Shown: in pieces, positions 12,991 through 25,163 of the stretch
Layout of the letters: each line of letters opens with the position of its first letter
Numbering within the stretch: position 1 is the first letter of the stretch
NCBI GenBank assembly: GCA_036785375.1
Contig: JAWMAR010000421.1
Location: forward strand, 930,001-994,000
Direction: 5' to 3'
Origin: Leucoraja ocellata
Taxonomy: Eukaryota
Length of the DNA: 64,000 nt
The notes under the pieces: generated by a model
Seen by the model: the letters and a program-made list of their open reading frames with translations, nothing else
What the model was told of the DNA's origin: nothing
The model's database searches: none
Made by a program: the position numbers and the translations under genes

Positions 12991-14920
12991 GGAGATATTG
13001 GTGCCGTATGTATTTACACTTCTCATGTTTGCTCTTTGTCCCCAAATGTCTGTTGGTCAATAGCACAGCTACGAAGGTGAACAGTGCTGGTCATTAGCCT
13101 CAATAAACAACTTATGTCTGCCTGAGATTAAGTCCTGTTCACTATAAAATACACCATAAAACTATAGTGTTTGAAAACTGCTTTGATATTAACTTGATAT
13201 TAACTTATAACGCAAATTGAGAATTATTCCAGCCATACAGAAGCGTTAATTCTCCGAGTCAGAGACCACCAAGCGTGGGTATTCATGGGCCAGAATTCAC
13301 AGAAATCTGATTAAAACAAGTAATTTTGAATCAAGAAAAATCTAATATTTCTGAAATGAAGCGTTAAATTCTACTGGGCTAACGCAGGACAAATTTATGG
13401 TAATTAGAGATGTGACCACTGACACGGATCTCAGGTGTGGTCCATGTGGAGCTCTTCCCTCTAACCACACATTTCCTTCAAGTACTCAGATTTCTTTCAA
13501 CATCTAAAATACAAGCTGGTTGGCAGGTTAATTGGCCACTGAAAATTATCCCTTGTATTTGATTAATAGGAGAATATGCAGTTGTTGATGGACAAAGGAA
13601 TGGGTCATTGGGAAATAAGTGGAGGAATGTGATTGATGGAATTGCTCCAAAAGATGATGGAGACTCAAAGGACCAAATGGCTTCTATATTAAAAGGAAAT
13701 ATGACAAAGTGAGCATAATTAACAAAGCCAGAGAGGGCTGAATGGCTTCATTATATGCATTTTATTTGATGTCATTTAGTTATCCAAAATCACAGATCTG
13801 CCAAGTAACCCTCAAACAAGGTTTGAGTTTGCAATAAAGTTGTACTCTGTGCAGTGCCAAATCTAAGCAAATCAAAACCAATTGTACTTGGGCTTAAACC
13901 AATGTTATCATTTTTGTAACAAGCATAAACCTGTAACCATTTTATAATAGAGCTTCCTGATTGGTACCTGGCTATACAAATAAGGCAGAGCTGTTATTTC
14001 TGCAGACAACATACAACCCCATAAAAGGTGATTTCAGAGTATCCAGATGCTTAATTATAATTTTTAACTTAAAAACAGTAGCGTAATCACAGTGCTTTTA
14101 GTGTTGTTATACGCTTGCGAAAATGATCACATGATTGGAATGGAGAGGTTTCCAGAGTTCGCGGAAGTTTAGTAGTATGGCAGAAAGTTTCCTAAAATAG
14201 AGCAACATAAACAGACAAAAAGTCAGGTAAATTATCAATCTCACCACCTGGAAATCAATCACAAGCTAGCACAGGGAATTAAACACCTGCTTATCTGGCT
14301 CTCCTCCAGCAATTTTGCACTCATACGGGAACTAAAACTAAATTAAAACTCCACTGGGAAGTAATGCAATAGAGTTAAAGTGTCTTAGGAAATACTGTTT
14401 ACGAACAGAGAGAGCCATAACCGATCAACAATAGTGAACATAACTCAGCATTCAATTCAATTCATTGCTTGTTTCAGAATTACAAACTTATGCATCAGCT
14501 AGCTAAATTTTTCACATTTATAGTATTGACCATATAACTGTAAAGTTTATGCAGAAACTTAATTTGAGAATATTTAATTTTTCAAAGATTACCCCATTTT
14601 ATTCCTGAAGTGGTGAAATCACAGAATACAACACATGGGAAGTATTAAAATATCTTGCCCAATTATCTCAACTACACAACTACAAAATTGTCATCATATC
14701 TAAATTCCAAGTATTTTACATATCAACGCAGAAACACAAAAGCTCTTTACAACTGGAGATTATTTATAGATGGCATTATGAGTGTGGAATCCTAGTTGTT
14801 TCCCAATTTACACAGTAAGTGTCTAAGACATAAATGTGAGCCAACTTCAAGGTTTAATCCTCTATAGTAGGCAAATTAGCTAACAACCATTGAACAGTTT
14901 ACAGCATCTTTGGATAAATT

Positions 14921-15998
14921 GGGGGTAGAGTGCTGACATGGATAGCGGTTGGCAGACAGGAAACAGAGTAGGGATTAACGGGTCCCTTTCAGAATGGCAG
15001 GCAGTGACTAGTGGGGTACCGCAAGGCTCCGTGTTGGGACCGCAGCTATTTACAATATACATCAATGATTTCAAAGGGATTCAAAGTAACATTAGCAAAT
15101 TCGCAGATGACACAAAGCTGGGCGGCAGTGTGAACTGTGAGGAGGATGCTATGAGAATGCAGGGTGACTTGGACTTGGGGGAGTGGACAGAAGCATGGCA
15201 GATGAAGTTTAATGCGGATAAATGTGAGGTTATCCACTTTTGTAGCAAAAACAGGAAGGCAGATTACTATCTAAATGGCGTCAAGTTGGGAAAAGGGGAA
15301 GCACAACGGGATCTGGGGGCCTTGTACATCAGTCTATGAAAATAAGCATGCAGGTACAGCAGGCAGTGAAGAAAGCGAATGGCATGTTGGCCTTTATAAC
15401 AAGAGGAATCAAATATAGGAGCTCCTTCTGCAGTTGTACAGAACCCTAGTGAGACCACACCTGGAGTATTGTGTGCAGTTTTGGTCCCTTAATTTGAGGA
15501 AGGACATTCTTGCTATTGAGGGAGTGCAGCGTAGGTTTACAAGGTTAATTCCCGGGATGGCGGGAATGTCATATGCTGAGAGAATGGAGCAACTGGGCTT
15601 GTACACTCTGGAGTTTAGAAGGATGAGAGGGTATCTCATTGAAACATAAGATTGTTAAGGGCTTGGACAGGCTAGAGGCAGGAAACATGTTCCTGATGTT
15701 GGGAGAGTCCAGAACCAGGGGCCACAGTTTAAGAATAAGGAGTAAGCCATTTAGAACAAAGACGAGGAAACACTTTTTCTCACAGAGAGTGGTGAGTCTG
15801 TGGAATTCTCTGCCTCAGAGGGCAGTGGAGGCAGGTTCTCTGGATGCTTTCAAGAGAGAGCTAGATAGGGCTCTTAAAAATAGCGGAGTCAGGGGATATG
15901 GGGACTGATTGGGGATGATCAGCCATGATCACATTGAATGGCAGTGCTGGGTCGAAGGGCCAAATGGCCTACTCCTGCACCTATTGTCTATTGTCTAA
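14921..15998 (+). mobile_element. CR1-clade LINE, 5'-truncated and frameshifted
   Basis: VTSGVPQGSVLGPQLFTIYIND...SKFADDTKLGG, YRTLVRPHLEYCVQFWS and RTRGHSL...FFSQRVVSLWNSLP in successive frames. Ends in a (CTATTGT)n tail. Confidence 0.93.
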
Positions 15999-18306
15999 AT
16001 AGCCCAATATGGAAGCGACAGATTTTAAACTGCTTAAAGTTTCCTTTACAGAAAATAATGTGCAATGGAAATCTGCAATAATTCTTTTAACAATATCCCA
16101 CTTTGAAACGAACAAAAACATGCAGCAGTGTCGGGGTTTAGGTTTTCTTAACCATCTGCCAATTAGCAGGCATGATACAAGAAAAGTGAAGCTAGGTTTT
16201 TAAATGAAGCTTTCAATTCTTGATTCAATGGTTATGATTTATGCATTAGACCAGTCACTAGGATTTTACACAACTTGATGTTAACAGCAAGAGTAGTATC
16301 CAAATTTGTAACTTGTTATCCACTGAATCAGGCAATTCAGATGTATACTTTATGAAAATTTAAATTCTCATCCTTGCACTGCAACAAGAAGTTCTTTTTT
16401 CCCAACCATAACAATCACATGCTTTCAGTACACAATACAATGCTCCTTTCGTGAACAAATCTCACATTATTTAATCTGAATGAACTTCAACTCCATTGAA
16501 AAACACTGAACATTTCCCCCACTTAAATTTTAAAGTGATTGATTTTGACTATTTAAAAATGTGTAATTCCTAAAGCAAAGAAAAAAAGACCACAAATCCT
16601 TGAAACTTGATACAAAATCAGAAAACATTGCGAGTACTCAGCAAGTCAGACAACATCTCTGGAGATAGAAACAGAGTTAATAATCTAGGCTAAACAATTC
16701 ACCAGAACTGTTGAGAATTCACTGACCTAAAATGTTAACTCTATCTTCCTCTCCACAAACAATTCCTAACCCCATTTATATGACAATTAATAGCATTTCT
16801 TTCTTTCCATTTATTCCAGCAGAACATTGTTTCATACAACAAGATTGACATTTGCTCCCACACAACTTCAACATACTTTGTAAAAAAGTGTGTTTATGTT
16901 TGAGCTTAAGTGCTTTCCTGGTGACATCCCAACTGGCAATATCAAAATGAAGATCTATGGAGCCAATGTTAAATCCCTGTTGACAAATGCATGCAGAAAT
17001 GACTGAACGAATCTGGACTTCTAAAAATCACATTAATGTGACTCACATCTAATTTCTGCAGGAACTTCTCTATGTAAGTGTTATAACTGAATAAATTTCC
17101 AACAATGTTTGGGCTCGTCACAATCAATACATGTTTGTGTTACCTTTACATATGCCAAATGAATCTCTTTTAAATATTCTGTACAAGACCACAGTTACTG
17201 TGTGGCAATTGATTCCTCAAATAGAATCTACAATGCTTTGTTTAACTAATATGAAACATGAATTCTAACCTGTGAAAATCTAGTTCAATCTTAAATGGAG
17301 CATGATGCAAAGACAAGTAGATACACATAAAACTATCCATCAGTCTTTAAACACATTTTGGGCTGGAATTAGAAACAAGTCGCCAATTAAAAATATTTAT
17401 TTTCATCATAACCTCATTCAATTAGCATTTCATTTGTTACTATGGAGTTTCCACTCTGTTGATAACAGGTATGTTAAGTATGTAGATAACACATGTTAAA
17501 TAATAAATACTGTCATCTATAATTTATCCTGCTACTAGCCCAAGGATAGAATACTCTCCAGAAACTCTAACTCAGTATTGAATACAATCTCCAAAGGGAT
17601 CCTGTTCCATACCCACAACAAACAACAACATATTTCCTCATGGCAACAGAAACAACCACAACCACCTACAAGGAGCAGGGCAGGCCCACTTCCATCCCCA
17701 CCCAACAGGCAGCAAGCATTTGCATGGACCAACCCAAGACCCTAACCCACACCAAACATGCAAGAAATAACAGTTCTCTGGCAAAGAGAGAACAACTCAG
17801 AAACAAGCCACACAACACTTGACAAGTCTCTCTCTCCAATCCTGTGAACACACCAAGCTGTAAACCAGAACAAATGCTGTCTCAACCCAAAACTGCATAA
17901 CAGGCCAATGGCATTCCCTTAAAACACAGCAAACATTAAGTTTTCTATCCTCCTAAAAAATGGGAAGTACTGAGACACTCTTACCCCCTGCCCACAAAGA
18001 GGCCAAGCACTGAGAAACCAAGTAGGCACTGGTCTCTTCCCCCACCCAAAACAGAGAAAAACTGGGCCCTACCTCATAAACTCAGCACACCAGACCAACA
18101 ACAGACGATCACTGCCCACCCACAAGGGATCTCCACCCCCAAACCAACTCTGGGGAATCTGTTTCCACCCACAAACCAGGCAGACACTGGGATCTTTCCC
18201 CAACCCACAAACCGGGCAAATACCAGGGGATCTCACACAACCTACAACCCGGATAGGCACTGGGGGATCTCCCCCCAGCAACAAAGGTGCCAACAATGGG
18301 TATCTG

Positions 18307-18338
<32 letters not shown>

Positions 18339-18388
18339 CCAATCTCACACAAACACACAGTGACACACACACACACAGTGACACACAA
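18307..18388. repeat. (CT)n/(CA)n microsatellite
   Basis: Directly visible dinucleotide runs. Confidence 0.9.
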
Positions 18389-18399
18389 ACCTGACAGTT

Positions 18400-18745
18400 A
18401 ACGGGAACCGGCTGTTTGGGTTTTGTCCCCAGCTACGCATGCGCCCTGGCCGGGCCGGCTGCGCTCTGACAGGCGAGCCGGTGATCTCCTCGCCGGTAAC
18501 TCGACGCCACTCACCGTTGCCGGAGAAGCTCCCCTCGCCCTTCGCCAAACAAGAACCAATGTCACAAATGTTCTCAGGGCGTAATTTTCATTCATGATCA
18601 GTGGTGACCGCTGGCAGTGATCCCGCGAGTGTCCTCCGCTCCTTGCCGGCAGCCATCTTGGTTGTGAAGGCAACGCGCGCGCCCGTGATGCCGCTACCTG
18701 GCCCCGCCTCTTTAGTTGCTGCCTCAGGGTCCTAGCGCTAGCCAA
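18400..18745 (-). promoter_or_regulatory. DENND4A: CpG-rich putative DENND4A promoter and non-coding exon 1 (donor at 18515)
   Basis: CpG-dense patch; minus-strand donor CAACG|GTGAGT; YY1-type CAAGATGGC on the minus strand at 18652-18660; NRF1-like ACGCATGCGC at 18435-18444. The first coding exon has an acceptor, so an upstream exon is required. Confidence 0.65.
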
Positions 18746-19039
18746 ATGTAATGCTCGAGGCCACCAATTTTGCAGGTTAGCGAGAATATTTATGGGTTAC
18801 TTTCCTCTATTTCAAACGTATTCTGTGATTGTCTTTTGTAGCTCTAAAATAGGGTACTGCAGAAAATCGGTTCTTTCGTGTGGCACACTTATTTGTCTGT
18901 ATGTATTTATTTATGTATGTATTGTTGATCTATGTACCACTTTTTGTAGCAAGTTAGTACCTGCACTAATGTAAACCACTTTGGTCAACGAGAGTTGTTT
19001 TTAAATGTGCTATAGAAATAAAATTGACTTGACTTATCG

Positions 19040-19530
19040 AGACCTTTCTTCAGACTAGTCAGGGAAAGGGAAGCGAGAGATATAGACAGTGATGTAGAGA
19101 TATAGAACAAATAAATAAAAGATATGCAAAAAAGTAACGATGATAAAAGAAACAGGTCATTGTTAGCTGTTTGCTAAGTGAGAACGAGAACCTGGTGCGA
19201 CTTGGTACCTGGGGATGGAAGGGATGAGTTCCCTCCGCATGGGGTTGCAGAGGGAATGGTCTCGGCAATAGGTGGAAAGGGGTGGAGATGGGGAGATGTG
19301 ACTCTTGGTGGGATGCCGTTGGAGGTGGCAAAACTGTGGGAGGATTATGTGTTGTATGTGGTGGCTGATGAGGTGAAAGGTAAGGACTGGGAGAACTCTG
19401 TCCCTGTTGCGATGAGGGGGCGCAAGGGCGGAGCTGCAGGGTACTGAGGAGACATGTGTGAGGGCCTCATCTATGATGGAAAAGGGGAAACCCTGTTCCC
19501 TGAGAATACGGACATCTCGGAAGTCCCTGC
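19040..19530 (-). mobile_element. Rearranged Penelope-like fragments
   Basis: Similar to 11880-12125 (ggtgaaaggtaaggactgggagaactctgtcc...agggcctcatctat) plus pLTR sequence. Confidence 0.7.
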
Positions 19531-20300
19531 TAATGCTATCCCTGCCTTATAGGCTGTGTACATAAGTTCTTGGAGCAGAAATAGGCCATTTGGTCCATCA
19601 AGTCACTCTGTCATTCAATCATGGATAATCTATCTTTCCCTCCCAACCCCATTATCCTGCCTTCACCCCATAACACCAGCCACCCTTCCTAATCAATAAT
19701 CTGCCAATCTCCCCCTTAAAAATATCAATTGACTTGGCCTCCACAGCTGTCTGTGGCAATGAATTTCACTGTGTCTCAAAACTATTCTTTCCTCAACATG
19801 AGATAATGAGTAGCAATGGGCAAAATATTATGCAGACTGATGCTTGTTTTCCTGAGTAACAACCACACACATCTTAAGGGAATCAATGGCGCCATTATGA
19901 CTTGAAGAGAATACTCAGAGCAAATGTAACCCCAAGAGATCACAAACTCACAGTGGTGTCCATGAAACACAATCTCATACAGCTGAATTCCACCTGTAAC
20001 ATTTTGCAAAAGATAGATACAAATAGCTGGAGTAACTCAGTGTGTCAGGCAACATCTCTGGAGAAAATGGATAGGTGATGTTTCGGTTCAGGACCCTTCT
20101 TCAGACCTGTAGCATTCTACAGCCCGAGTTAGCCCGTGTTTCAGATTTACTCTGTGTGGCAGATTGCAGCACTGGAACGCAATTGAAGGGACTGGTTACA
20201 CTTCAATTCCCAGCTCCTGATCTCAGGCAGAGGGGTAAGAGCAGCTGGAGAAACTGGGGATGGTTTCTCAGCCTGATAAGACAAACATGCATAGATCGTA

Positions 20301-20381
20301 GACAAAAATGCTGGAGTTTCCGCTGAGTTTCTCCAGCATTTTTGTCTACCTTCGATTTTCCAGCATCTGCAGTTCCTTCTT
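20301..20381. mobile_element. Mini fold-back Penelope-derived insertion
   Basis: Inverted arms gtagacaaaaatgctggag / ctccagcatttttgtctac. Flanked by the 18-bp direct repeat aaacatgYatagatYgta (20283-20300, 20382-20399). Confidence 0.75.
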
Positions 20382-20546
20382 AAACATGTATAGATTGTAC
20401 TTGGGCTGGCTTACATGAATTTTAGTATCAGTGGGGAGTAGGAAGAACTGTGTAAGAGAAAATTGACATGGAGAATCATAAATCAATGATTCCCTCTATT
20501 CAGTACCCTGAAGATTTGCAGAATTGCAAATTGGGTTGCTTTGTTA

Positions 20547-21121
20547 TCTATATTACTAAAAGTTTGATCTTGACCACTTCCTGTAGTTCTGTATATTGAT
20601 TTTAGAAAAAAAGCTGCCACTTTCGGTTGTGATTTTTGGCCATCATACTCGGAGTCCTCTGCTGCTCATCAGGTGCCGAGGATTTTTCCCATTGATGAAA
20701 AATAACCCAGAAGTGTGGGAGTGGCTCAGTCGCTGCAAGATGGAGGAGGGAGAGGTCACGACTCGCTGTCTTTAGTGGCCTTGCATCCTGCTTGAAGTGG
20801 TAAGAAACTGCATTTGAATTTGGTGGCCCTGCACCATGCTTTAAATAGAATTTCAAGGAATACCCATAAGTCAACTGCCAGCCCACCAGCCATGAGTAAG
20901 TGAGCTGCCAGCACAACAGGCTTGGGTGACTGAGCCACCAGCGCAAGAATCCATTCGGCCCACAATGTCCATACAAGTCCTCTGGAAACCAGTCTCTTCA
21001 GCCCACAACACCCGCAGTAGCGCTCCTGAAAACTCCCCCCCCCCCCCACCCCCACCCCCACCCGTTGGGGGACCAGCCCTCCCGTGTGATGCTGGGAGCC
21101 AACAGGTCCCCCTCAGTCTAG
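20547..21121 (+). mobile_element. Non-autonomous Helitron-like element (575 bp)
   Basis: Starts A|TCTATATTACT and ends CTAG|T. Imperfect GC hairpin gggagccaacaggtccc at 21094-21110 just before the end; no TSD or TIR. Confidence 0.65.
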
Positions 21122-21439
21122 TCTTATTATATTAATTCTTCAACTCAGTTCCTAATGACTGCTTTGAATTTGTCTTTTTGGATTTCGGAACTTGGAATTT
21201 GGTCACCGTGCATCATATATCAAATATATTGATGATTTGGATGAGAATGTATATGGCATGCTTACCAAGTTTGTGGATCACAGCAAAAGTGGTGGTATGG
21301 TGAACAGTGCAGAAGGTTGTCTGAGGTTACAACAAAATCTAGTTCAACTGGGCAAGGAATAGCAGATGGAATTTAACTCAAACTGCAAAGTAATGCATTT
21401 TAGGAAGTTAAACCAGGGAAGGACGTACAGAGAGAATTG

Positions 21440-21765
21440 AATGATTGAAAGATACAGCATGGAAACAGGCCGTTCGGCCCATCGAGATCATGTTGACCTC
21501 AATCACCTGTTCGTACTAGTTCCATGTCATCCCACTTTTGCATCCACCTCCTACACACGAGGGGCAATTTGCAGAAGTTAATTAACCTAATAAAAACTTT
21601 GGATATGGGAGGAAACCAGAGCACCTGGAGGAAACCCACATGGTCACAGGGAGAGCATGCAAACTCCACACCAGACAGAACTGAAGGTCAGGATCAAACC
21701 TGGATCTCTGGCGCTGTAAGGCAGCGGTTCTATCAACTGCATGCTGTGCTACCCCACACAGCAGG
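21440..21765 (-). mobile_element. V-SINE/HE1-like tRNA-derived SINE inserted in a decayed CR1 (about 21200-22020)
   Basis: Minus strand reads ...gccttacagcgccagagatccaggtttgatcctgacc...tgtggagtttgcatgctctccctgtgaccatgtgggtttcctccaggtgctctggtttcctccc, recognised as the V-SINE central domain. Confidence 0.72.
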
Positions 21766-22024
21766 CTGTGTGGTGTGTTGCAGAGCTGAGAGACCTGGGG
21801 TACTAGTGCATAGTTCCTTAAAGGTAGCAACACATATAGTCAATGTGGTAAAATGTGGTAATATGGCATGCTTGCCTTCATCAGATGGGACAATGAGTAC
21901 ACAATTGGGATGTCATATTACAGCTGTGGAAAACGTTAGAGAGACCGCACCTGGAAGTACAGTTCTGGTTGCCACGCTACAGGAAGGTGCAGAAAAGATT
22001 CAAAAGGATGTTACCAAGACTGGG

Positions 22025-22370
22025 CTGCAGTACTGCTTCAGTACTGTCCCTCCGACATTATGGCAGTCCTGCAGCGGTGGTCATTTTGTGGGCTGGCACT
22101 CCCTCAGCACTGTTCCTCCCACTGTGCTGAGTTCCCTCAGCACTGCCACTACAGCAATGCAACACTCGCTCAGTACTGTCCATTTCACATTACATAACCT
22201 TCTTCAGTACTGGTCCTCTGACAGTATAATCCTCTCTCACTGCAGCCCTCTCTCAGTTTTGCCCCCCCTAACAATGTTATATCTCCCCAGTACTGTTCCT
22301 GCAACAGTACTATGCTCCCTCGACAGAGCCCTCTGCCAGACTGCCCCTCCAAAAACAGCAGTCCTTCACT
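22025..22370 (+). repeat. Degenerate ~33-bp tandem repeat (cagtactgtccctccgacagtgcagcactccct-like)
   Basis: Recurring cagtactg/cagcactg + ccctcc motifs; translates as repeated STVPPT. Confidence 0.65.
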
Positions 22371-22674
22371 AATAAAGAGTGCCAGCCGAGGTTATTGAGC
22401 TTAGGTCCCTGGCATGGGATTGAACCTACAAACATCTGCCTCAGATGCAAGAACACTGAGACAGATGTTGTTGAAAAGCCAACCAAGCACAAATTCTCCT
22501 GAATGCTTTGACCTCGAACTGAATTTGCAGCCAACCTGAATTTACTGATATCCTCCACGCCTGATTAACTGACAGCACCCTCTGCAGGCACGCATCAGTT
22601 CTACAGGGCTGTCAATGTTTTCTGTCGAATTCCTTCCCACTTCCTCTTTGAAAGCCATTATTTGATCTCTTAAA

Positions 22675-23002
22675 ACACACTCCCACCCTGCCCCCCTCAC
22701 CCACCCTCCCACCACACACCCGCCGCCCACCCACTGCCGCCCACACCCCCTCCACAACCCTCTCCCCACCCCACAAACTCCGCCCGCCCCCCACACACCC
22801 CTCACCCCCACACCCCTCCCCCGGCTCACACACCCCTCCACCCCACAACCTCTCCGCCCGCACACCCCTCCCCCCACACACAAACACACCCCCACACACA
22901 CACACACCCCATACACACACACACCCCTTCCACATCCCTCACCCCCCCACCCCTCCCGCCCACATACACATCACCCCCCGCCACACACCCCCTCCCCCAC
23001 AA
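22675..23002. repeat. C/A-rich low-complexity tract (G-rich on the - strand)
   Basis: Almost exclusively C and A on the + strand. Confidence 0.9.
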
Positions 23003-23799
23003 TGGGAGTTGTGTAGATGGATTAAAAAGTTAGCAAGGCCATGATGGGCTAAAGGGCCCTTTTCTATGCAGTACAAATCTATGACTGTTTATGAATTAGC
23101 ATTATAGGCTATTTCATTTACAATTAAGGATTAAACGTAAAGAGAAGTAAAAATATTGGATTAAGAGATAATGGAGATAGGAAGAGTAGGATTTAAAAAA
23201 TATATTATAATTATACAAATTTCCAACAGATTAAAATTAAGCTGCAGGTGCAAAATCTGCTTGAATACCAGAGAGCAGAGTTTTGAATAACTTTCTTCTG
23301 ATGAGTTTACTTGCATTTCAATAGCAAACCTTTAGATTAATTGTTGGCGCAACACAGGTTCTGGTGTTGGAGCACACTTAGATCCGAAACTCTGTGATTT
23401 AAGGGCATGTTTTATCAAATATCAATATACAGTGAATACTGGCAGTTTCATTACAATTTCAATGCTATTGATCACAACAAGAGGTTGTTAAATTAATTTT
23501 AAATCCATTAAAGATACCCATTCAACTTGGGCAATTGTCATTAAAACCTATGAAGAGGTTATAGCATTGAGATCTTATCCTTCAACGCAAGTTGCTTTTC
23601 TCTTCATCAGTAGGTTCCAATGAGTAATAAATAATTATCTAAGGCACACCATGATATACGGCAATTAGATGTGGCTCATTGGACACAGGTTAAGAGGGGC
23701 TGAATGGACTTTTTATACTGCTGTGGTCTCCATCTGATCGGAGTTACAACAGTTTCGCACATTACCTCAGTGACAAAACTTCAATGAACGGTGGACTCT

Positions 23800-24080
23800 A
23801 AATGTTGGAGTAACTCATCGGGACAGATAGCATCTCTAGAGAGAAGGATTAGGTGAGGTTTTGGGTGGAGACCCTTCTTCAGACAGAGTCGGGGGCAAGA
23901 GGAACTAAGAAATGGAAGGGTACAGAGAGAATGTAAGATGCGAAAACGACAAATCAAAGCAGACGGTGATCAAGGAAATGTAGAATGGTTCATTGTTGGC
24001 TGAGGGAAAGTTGACAAGGAGGCCTACAAACAGTAAAATTAATTAGGAGGACATTGAAATTAGTCGGAGATGAACGGGAG
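23800..24080 (-). mobile_element. Penelope-derived pLTR fragment (further pieces at 24355-24545)
   Basis: ggagtaactcatcgggacagatagcatctctagagagaagg...gacccttcttcagac family motif. Confidence 0.7.
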
Positions 24081-24559
24081 ATTCTGAAAGGATGCGGTGG
24101 GTGAAGTGTAAACGTGCACAGACAGGACAGGGAAGGTGCTGGGACTCGGGGCAACGAGCAGGCGACACGTCTGGAGGCCTTGGCGCAGCTTTGGACCCGC
24201 CAAGAATGATCGGAACCAGGCTGAAGGTGCGAGCCCAGGAATGGAGGTGGGTTCACCGGACACTGTACGCAGCTGGGTTCAGGGCAGTACCAACCAAAGG
24301 GCTCCGCTCTATGATCCTTGGTACCAACAACCACAACAAGAACATGCGGGAGGAATTAGTGTGCAAGAAGGAACTGCTGATGCTGGTTTAAAGCGAAGTT
24401 AGACACAAGATAGACACGACCCAAAACGTCACCCATTCCTGTCCCGCTGAGTTACTCCAGCTTTTTGTGTCGATGCTGGAGCAATTAAACGGGTCAGGCG
24501 GCATCTACAAAGGGAATAGAGAGATGACGTCTCCGGGACCGGTCTCTTGCGTCACCTTG

Positions 24560-25123
24560 ACCACGGGGTGGGCGGGGGCCTCTGGCGAGGGGCGTGGCCT
24601 ATGATGGGGGCGGGGCCTCTTGCGAGGGGCGGGGCTTCGGCGAAGCCTCCGTGCATTGCGGGGCGTGGCTTGCGGCAGGGGAGGAGCCTCCAAAATACGG
24701 CGTGGGGGCGGGGCCACACCTCCTGCCAGTCATGCTCGGGCACCGCCGCTGGGGGTGCCAGAGGCCGCCTGCACCCACCGGGTGGTGGATGGATGATTGA
24801 CAGCGAGTCTGTCCAATCCCAACTCGCACCTCGACCACTGGAGTCCCTCCCCCTCCTGCCAATGACGTAAGAATATCGCCCAATTTCAAAAGCTGATCTA
24901 TGAAACTTGCTATCCTCCACCAGTGACAGAGTCTGGAGGGATTTTGTAATATTCCCAATTAAACCCAATAGGAATCGCGTAAAATAATTGCAGGACTGAA
25001 GCAGAAGCTTTTTTAATGAACTTTGGCCCGGAAGAGGAAGTGCAGAGTCAGTGTTCTATTGGACTGGCGTTTGGTCGCTGTCTCCAACTTTTCCTTTAAT
25101 TTTTATTTTTAATACCGACAGGA
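24560..25123 (+). promoter_or_regulatory. RAB11A: RAB11A CpG-island promoter and 5' UTR
   Basis: Several GGGGCGGGGC GC boxes (~24607, 24626, 24706), repeated CCAAT (~24813, 24859, 24880, 24955, 24965), CRE-like TGACGTAA at ~24863 and ETS-like CCGGAAG at ~25028, just upstream of the ATG. Confidence 0.8.
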
Positions 25124-25163
25124 ATGGGGACGCGAGACGACGAGTATGATTACCTGTTCAAAG
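25124..25163 (+). CDS. RAB11A: RAB11A exon 1 (40 nt)
   Basis: ATG GGG ACG CGA GAC GAC GAG TAT GAT TAC CTG TTC AAA G|gtgagt = MGTRDDEYDYLFK. Confidence 0.97.

Noticed and set aside
22025-22370. Repeat array superficially like a CRISPR
   Set aside because: Eukaryotic context, degenerate tandem units without unique spacers, and no cas genes.
21524-22372. Longest ORF in the window (282 aa)
   Set aside because: It runs across an antisense SINE, a CR1 remnant and a tandem repeat, with no recognisable domain.
22542-22935. Gly/Val/Cys-rich ORFs
   Set aside because: Translation of a low-complexity G/T tract.
24505-24968. Several overlapping Pro/Arg/Gly-rich ORFs
   Set aside because: Expected by chance in the stop-poor CpG island of the RAB11A promoter.
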